From NCBI GenBank assembly GCA_963765205.1, contig CAVXVB010000004.1, positions 160,001 to 224,000 on the forward strand: a stretch of 64,000 bases of DNA, read 5' to 3'. Numbering within the stretch: the first letter of the stretch is position 1; every line of letters starts with the position of its first letter. The DNA comes from an uncultured Verrucomicrobiae bacterium (GTDB lineage Bacteria > Verrucomicrobiota > Verrucomicrobiia > Opitutales > JABDGR01). Below are positions 60,292-64,000 of the stretch, one piece after another. A program made the position numbers and the translations under genes. A model generated the notes under the pieces. That model saw only the letters and a program-made list of their open reading frames with translations, ran no database searches and was not told where the DNA came from.

Positions 60292-60525
60292 TTAAAATTT
60301 CAACTTGGAGTTTTCAAAATCGCAATGGGGGCAGCGGGCGACGAGACTGGCGCGAGGCGCGGAGTAGAGGCGGCCGCATTTGAGGCAGTGGAAAAGGGAT
60401 TGCGCGCGCTCCTGCTCATAGACGCGCTGGTCGCGCTGGTCGTGGTAAATCCAAAGGCCGAACACGACGGCGAGGCCAATCGTGACACCGGTGAGGAGGA
60501 AGTTGCTGAAGTCCGGGTGGAACAA
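60292..60525 (-). CDS. Small TM-anchored zinc-ribbon protein
   Basis: TM helix then [10 protein letters not shown]...CPHCDFEN; start uncertain (TTG at 60525). Confidence 0.7.
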   Translation of the reverse strand: MFHPDFSNFLLTGVTIGLAVVFGLWIYHDQRDQRVYEQERAQSLFHCLKCGRLYSAPRASLVARCPHCDFENSKLKF

Positions 60526-60640
60526 GGCGGGAAAATGGCGGAGCGTGAGGGATAAAAACGCAGCGGGCGGCGTGCCAGATTGGCCGCGCCGCCCGTCGCA
60601 GAAAATCAACCGCGCACATAGGCGCGGTGGCGGGATAAAG

Positions 60641-61186
60641 TTAGGTTTTGGTTTCGGCGCCGGGGGTGGAAACGGGGGGTTCCGTGGGTGCCGGGGCCGC
60701 AGAAGCAGGACCTTCCGCAGGCGGGCCGGCTTTGGCTTTCGCCGCGGATTTGGCTTTGCCTTTGGCGCCGCCTTTGCTGCGCTTGGATTTCTTGTAGCCC
60801 TCGTCGCTGGCGGGGATCAATTCGATCAGCGCCATGGGGCTGGCGTCGGTGCCGCGGGCCTGGAGTTTGTAGATGCGGGTGTAACCGCCGGCGCGGTTGA
60901 GGAACTCGGAAGCGCGTTCGTCAAAAAGAGTTTGCAGCGCGCCGGGGTTGCGCAGGCGGGCGGCGGCGAGGCGGCGGAAGTGCAGCTTTTCCGACCCTTC
61001 GGTGGACTGCTCGGCCTTCTTGGCCAAGGTGATGAGGCGTTCGGCGAAGGGGCGCAGCGCCTTGGCCTTGGCGAGCGTCGTCTTGATGCGGCGGTGGCTG
61101 AACAGCGCCGAGGCGAGCGCGGCGACCATGGCGGCGCGGTGCTCTTTTTTAACGCCCAACTGGTGGCGGTGTTTCTGATGGCGCAT
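60641..61186 (-). CDS. rplQ: 50S ribosomal protein L17 with C-terminal extension
   Basis: MRHQK...IKTTLAKAKALRPFAERLIT...GGYTRI. Confidence 0.97.
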   Translation of the reverse strand: MRHQKHRHQLGVKKEHRAAMVAALASALFSHRRIKTTLAKAKALRPFAERLITLAKKAEQSTEGSEKLHFRRLAAARLRNPGALQTLFDERASEFLNRAGGYTRIYKLQARGTDASPMALIELIPASDEGYKKSKRSKGGAKGKAKSAAKAKAGPPAEGPASAAPAPTEPPVSTPGAETKT

Positions 61187-61192
61187 GACAGG

Positions 61193-61313
61193 GAATTGAG
61201 AATTATGAATTAAGAATTATGAAGCGAAGACAAAATGATGAAAGTTTCCTGGCTGACGGCCAACCGTCCCAGTTTTTTCCTTCGTTTCGTAATTCGTAAT
61301 TCGTAATTTGAAT
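61193..61313. repeat. Inverted heptamer-array element between rpoA and rplQ
   Basis: GAATTGA GAATTAT GAATTAA GAATTAT ... TTCGTAA TTCGTAA TTCGTAA TTTGAA. Confidence 0.85.
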
Positions 61314-61321
61314 TTTTGTGT

Positions 61322-62326
61322 TTAGACAACTTCGGCGGGCTTCTCCAGCATGCGTTCGTCGAACTTCATGCCGAGGGAGAGGCCGAGCTGTTCGAGCTTC
61401 TGCTTGATTTCGTTGAGCGACTTTTTGCCGAAGTTGCGGTATTTGAGCATTTCCTGCTCGGTCTTCATCGCCAGCTCGCCAACCGTGGTGATGTTAGCGT
61501 TGTTGAGGCAGTTGGCCGCGCGCACAGACAGCTCGATTTCGTTGACGCTCATGTTGAGGAGCTTGCGGAGGCGGTTTTGCTCCTCGGAGACTTCCTTGCC
61601 TTCGGTCGCGAATTCAATCTGGTCGGAGGAGACGGCGTCGAACACATCCAGGTGGTGCTTGGTGACGGCGGCGGATTCCTTGAGGGCTTCGTCCGGGGTG
61701 AGGCGGCCATCCGTGGTGATTTCAAGGATGAGTTTGTCGAAGTCGGTCATCTGGCCGACGCGGGTCTGCTCGACCGAATATTTGACCAAGCGTACGGGGC
61801 TGAAGAGCGAGTCCACGGCGATGACGCCGATGGGTTGGTCGTCCACCTTGTTTTCATCGGCGGGGCAGTAGCCGCGGCCGACTTTGATTTCGATCTCGGC
61901 CTGGAAGCGGCGCTTGCGGTCGAGCGTGCAGATAAGCTGCTTAGGGTTGACAATGGTGATGTTCGAATCGGGCTGGATGTCGGCGGCGGTGACGGTTCCC
62001 TCTTTATCCACATTGATGGCAAGGCGGATCGGGTCGCGCTTGGTGGATTTGATGAGCACTTGCTTCAAATTGAGGACGATGTCGGTGACGTCCTCGACGA
62101 CTCCTTCAATGCTTTGGAACTCGTGCTTGACCCCATCAATGCGGATGGAGCTGATGGCGGCGCCTTCGATGGAACTGAGGAGGACGCGGCGAAGGGTGTT
62201 GCCGATAGTGTGGCCGTAGCCGGTCTCAAAAGGCTCGGCGACAAACATGGCGTAGGTGTCCGTGGCGGTGTCCTCGACTTTGGCGAGGCGTTTGGGCAGT
62301 TCGAATTTTCCGAGGCGTTTAGGCAT
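61322..62326 (-). CDS. rpoA: RNA polymerase alpha subunit
   Basis: EPFETGYGHTIGNTLRRVLLSSI, ELSVRAANCL, NFGKKSLNEI. Confidence 0.98.
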   Translation of the reverse strand: MPKRLGKFELPKRLAKVEDTATDTYAMFVAEPFETGYGHTIGNTLRRVLLSSIEGAAISSIRIDGVKHEFQSIEGVVEDVTDIVLNLKQVLIKSTKRDPIRLAINVDKEGTVTAADIQPDSNITIVNPKQLICTLDRKRRFQAEIEIKVGRGYCPADENKVDDQPIGVIAVDSLFSPVRLVKYSVEQTRVGQMTDFDKLILEITTDGRLTPDEALKESAAVTKHHLDVFDAVSSDQIEFATEGKEVSEEQNRLRKLLNMSVNEIELSVRAANCLNNANITTVGELAMKTEQEMLKYRNFGKKSLNEIKQKLEQLGLSLGMKFDERMLEKPAEVV

Positions 62327-62366
62327 GGCGGGTGCGGAGTTGAATTAAAAAGGCGAGTGAAAAAAT

Positions 62367-62975
62367 TTAGCGGCTGTAGAACTCGACGATGAGCTGGGTG
62401 TTGATGCCCGGCTCGAGTTCTTCCTTGGCGGGCAGGCGGCTGACGACGCCGCGCAGGGCGTCGGCTTGCAGGGTGAGCCACGCGGGCGGGGAGCGGAATT
62501 GGTTCGTTTCGAGGCCGCGTGTGGCAAGCTGGCGGGAAGAGGGGCGCTCGCGCATTTCCACGATGTCGCCGGGTTTGCAGAGGTAGCTGGAGATGTCCAC
62601 CTTGTGGCCGTTGACGTTGACGTGGCCGTGGTTGACAAGCTGGCGCGCGGCGCGCCGGGACTTCACGAAGCCGAGGAGGTAAACGATGTTGTCCAGGCGC
62701 GATTCGAGGAGTTGGAGAAACTGGTCGCCGGTGACGCCGCGCATGGCTTTGGCGCGGTCAAAGAGCAAGCGAAATTGTTTTTCGCCGAGGCCATACATAA
62801 AGCGCAGCTTTTGCTTTTCGTTCAGGCCGGCGGAATACTCCGACATTTTACGGCGCAGGCGGGGGCCGTGCATACCGGGGGGGTGCGGCTTGCGTTCGAA
62901 GGCCTTTGACGGCGGGAATATCGCCTGGCTGAAGCGGCGATTGATTTTTTGCGCGGGTCCGGTGTAGCGGGACAT
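62367..62975 (-). CDS. rpsD: 30S ribosomal protein S4 (Cys-free variant)
   Basis: MSRYTGP, EKQKLR..YG, LESRLDN.VY, ARQLVNHGH, IVEFYSR. Confidence 0.98.
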   Translation of the reverse strand: MSRYTGPAQKINRRFSQAIFPPSKAFERKPHPPGMHGPRLRRKMSEYSAGLNEKQKLRFMYGLGEKQFRLLFDRAKAMRGVTGDQFLQLLESRLDNIVYLLGFVKSRRAARQLVNHGHVNVNGHKVDISSYLCKPGDIVEMRERPSSRQLATRGLETNQFRSPPAWLTLQADALRGVVSRLPAKEELEPGINTQLIVEFYSR

Positions 62976-62984
62976 GTGAAAGGG

Positions 62985-63017
62985 AAGTTTCGAGTTTCGA
63001 GTTTCGAGTTTTTAGTT
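62985..63017. repeat. Heptamer array (GTTTCGA), single arm before rpsD
   Basis: AAGTTTC GAGTTTC GAGTTTC GAGTTTT TAGTT. Confidence 0.8.
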
Positions 63018-63051
63018 ACTCGGATCGAAGCCCAGTGGCGGGAGAAAGGGT

Positions 63052-63699
63052 TTAGACGCGGCGGCGTTTGCGGGGGCGGCAGCCGTTGTGGGGGACGGGA
63101 GTGACATCGGTAATCGAGCCGACGGCCATGCCAAGGGTTTGCAGGGCGCGGATGGCGGAATCGCGACCGAGGCCAGGCCCGCGCACTTTTACGATAATGT
63201 CCTTGAGGCCGTGCGCCATGGCGGCGCGGCCGGCTTCCTGGGTGACGACTTGCGCGGCGTAGGCGGTGGATTTGCGCGAGCCGCGGAAATTGCACTTGCC
63301 CGAGGAGGACCAGGAGATGACGTTGCCCTGCAAGTCGGAGAAGGTGACCTTGGTGTTGTTGAAGGTGGCGAGGATGTGGCAGATGCCGTGCGTGATGTTC
63401 TTGCTGCCTTTGGCGCGGCGGACTTTGGCGGCGCCGAGGTCGTCGGTGAGCGTATCTTTCACGGCGGCGGCCTTGTCGCCGGCGGTGGCGGGGGCTTTGC
63501 CTTCAGCGGCAGGCCCTTCGGCAGGCTCAGGGCGGGCGGCGTCCTCCTTGCCGGCTTTGGGCGCGGGGGATTCTTTCGCGGCCTTGGGGGCGGCGGCGGT
63601 GGCGTCCTTGGCCTTGGGGGCCTTGGGTTTTTTCTCCGCGGAAGCTTTCTCCGGGGCTGCGCCCGGGGGAGAGGTGGGTTTTTCCTGCTCGTCGCTCAT
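63052..63699 (-). CDS. rpsK: 30S ribosomal protein S11 with long N-terminal extension
   Basis: [34 protein letters not shown] at 63699. Confidence 0.97.
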   Translation of the reverse strand: MSDEQEKPTSPPGAAPEKASAEKKPKAPKAKDATAAAPKAAKESPAPKAGKEDAARPEPAEGPAAEGKAPATAGDKAAAVKDTLTDDLGAAKVRRAKGSKNITHGICHILATFNNTKVTFSDLQGNVISWSSSGKCNFRGSRKSTAYAAQVVTQEAGRAAMAHGLKDIIVKVRGPGLGRDSAIRALQTLGMAVGSITDVTPVPHNGCRPRKRRRV

Positions 63700-63704
63700 A
63701 AAAT

Positions 63705-64000
63705 TTATTCGGCTTTCTTGATAACACCGACGGTCTTGCGCGCGCCCTTGCGGGTGCGGGCGTTGGTGCGGGTGCGCTGGCCGCGCACGGGGAGACGGTG
63801 GATGTGGCGGATGCCCCGGTAGCACTTGATGGCTTGGAGGCGTTTCAAATTCGAAGTGATTTCCCGGCGCAGGTCGCCTTCGACTTTCCAACCGCGCTCG
63901 CCGATGAATTGGACGATGCGGTTGATTTGTTCCTCGCTTAGCTCCTGGGAGCGCAGCGCGGGGTCAATGTGCAGCGTGGAGATAATTAAATCCGCGCGGG
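63705..64000 (-). CDS. rpsM: 30S ribosomal protein S13, 5' end outside the window
   Basis: Manual translation: [47 protein letters not shown]. Confidence 0.97.
   Translation of the reverse strand, partial: RADLIISTLHIDPALRSQELSEEQINRIVQFIGERGWKVEGDLRREITSNLKRLQAIKCYRGIRHIHRLPVRGQRTRTNARTRKGARKTVGVIKKAE

Overview
GC-rich bacterial chromosome segment. Gene content and protein style (mcsA-mcsB-clpC, RpoA starting MPKRLGKFELP, ECF sigma with a long C-terminal extension, W..DP.AA solenoid protein) suggest Verrucomicrobiota, probably Opitutales; this is inference, not a database result. Most genes are housekeeping: clpC, miaB, gmk, gcvP, nth, rnc, parA, nadC, gnd, folB/folP/folA, lexA, a sugar ABC transporter, guaA and rpsM-rpsK-rpsD-rpoA-rplQ. 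The most unusual observations are: (1) an ATPase-less mini-ClpC made of three ClpC N-domains plus the M/UVR coiled coil, inserted between mcsB and clpC in an operon with a sigma54-like promoter; (2) about 20 intergenic elements built from inverted arrays of degenerate 7-, 8- or 9-mers that abut or supply stop and start codons, one of which brackets a cargo cassette (four-helix-bundle gene plus a separately IR-flanked PD-(D/E)XK nuclease gene) after guaA; (3) an ECF sigma factor fused through a membrane segment to a serpin; (4) a multi-hairpin candidate ncRNA at about 43.1-43.3 kb; (5) a CADD-type pABA synthase next to DHFR; (6) a catalytically degenerate SDR with a long RGG/acidic disordered tail. 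Several reading-frame breaks (miaB, mini-ClpC, GIY-YIG, four-helix bundle) may be sequencing errors and need read-level checks. No tRNA, rRNA, CRISPR array, integrase or transposase was recognised.
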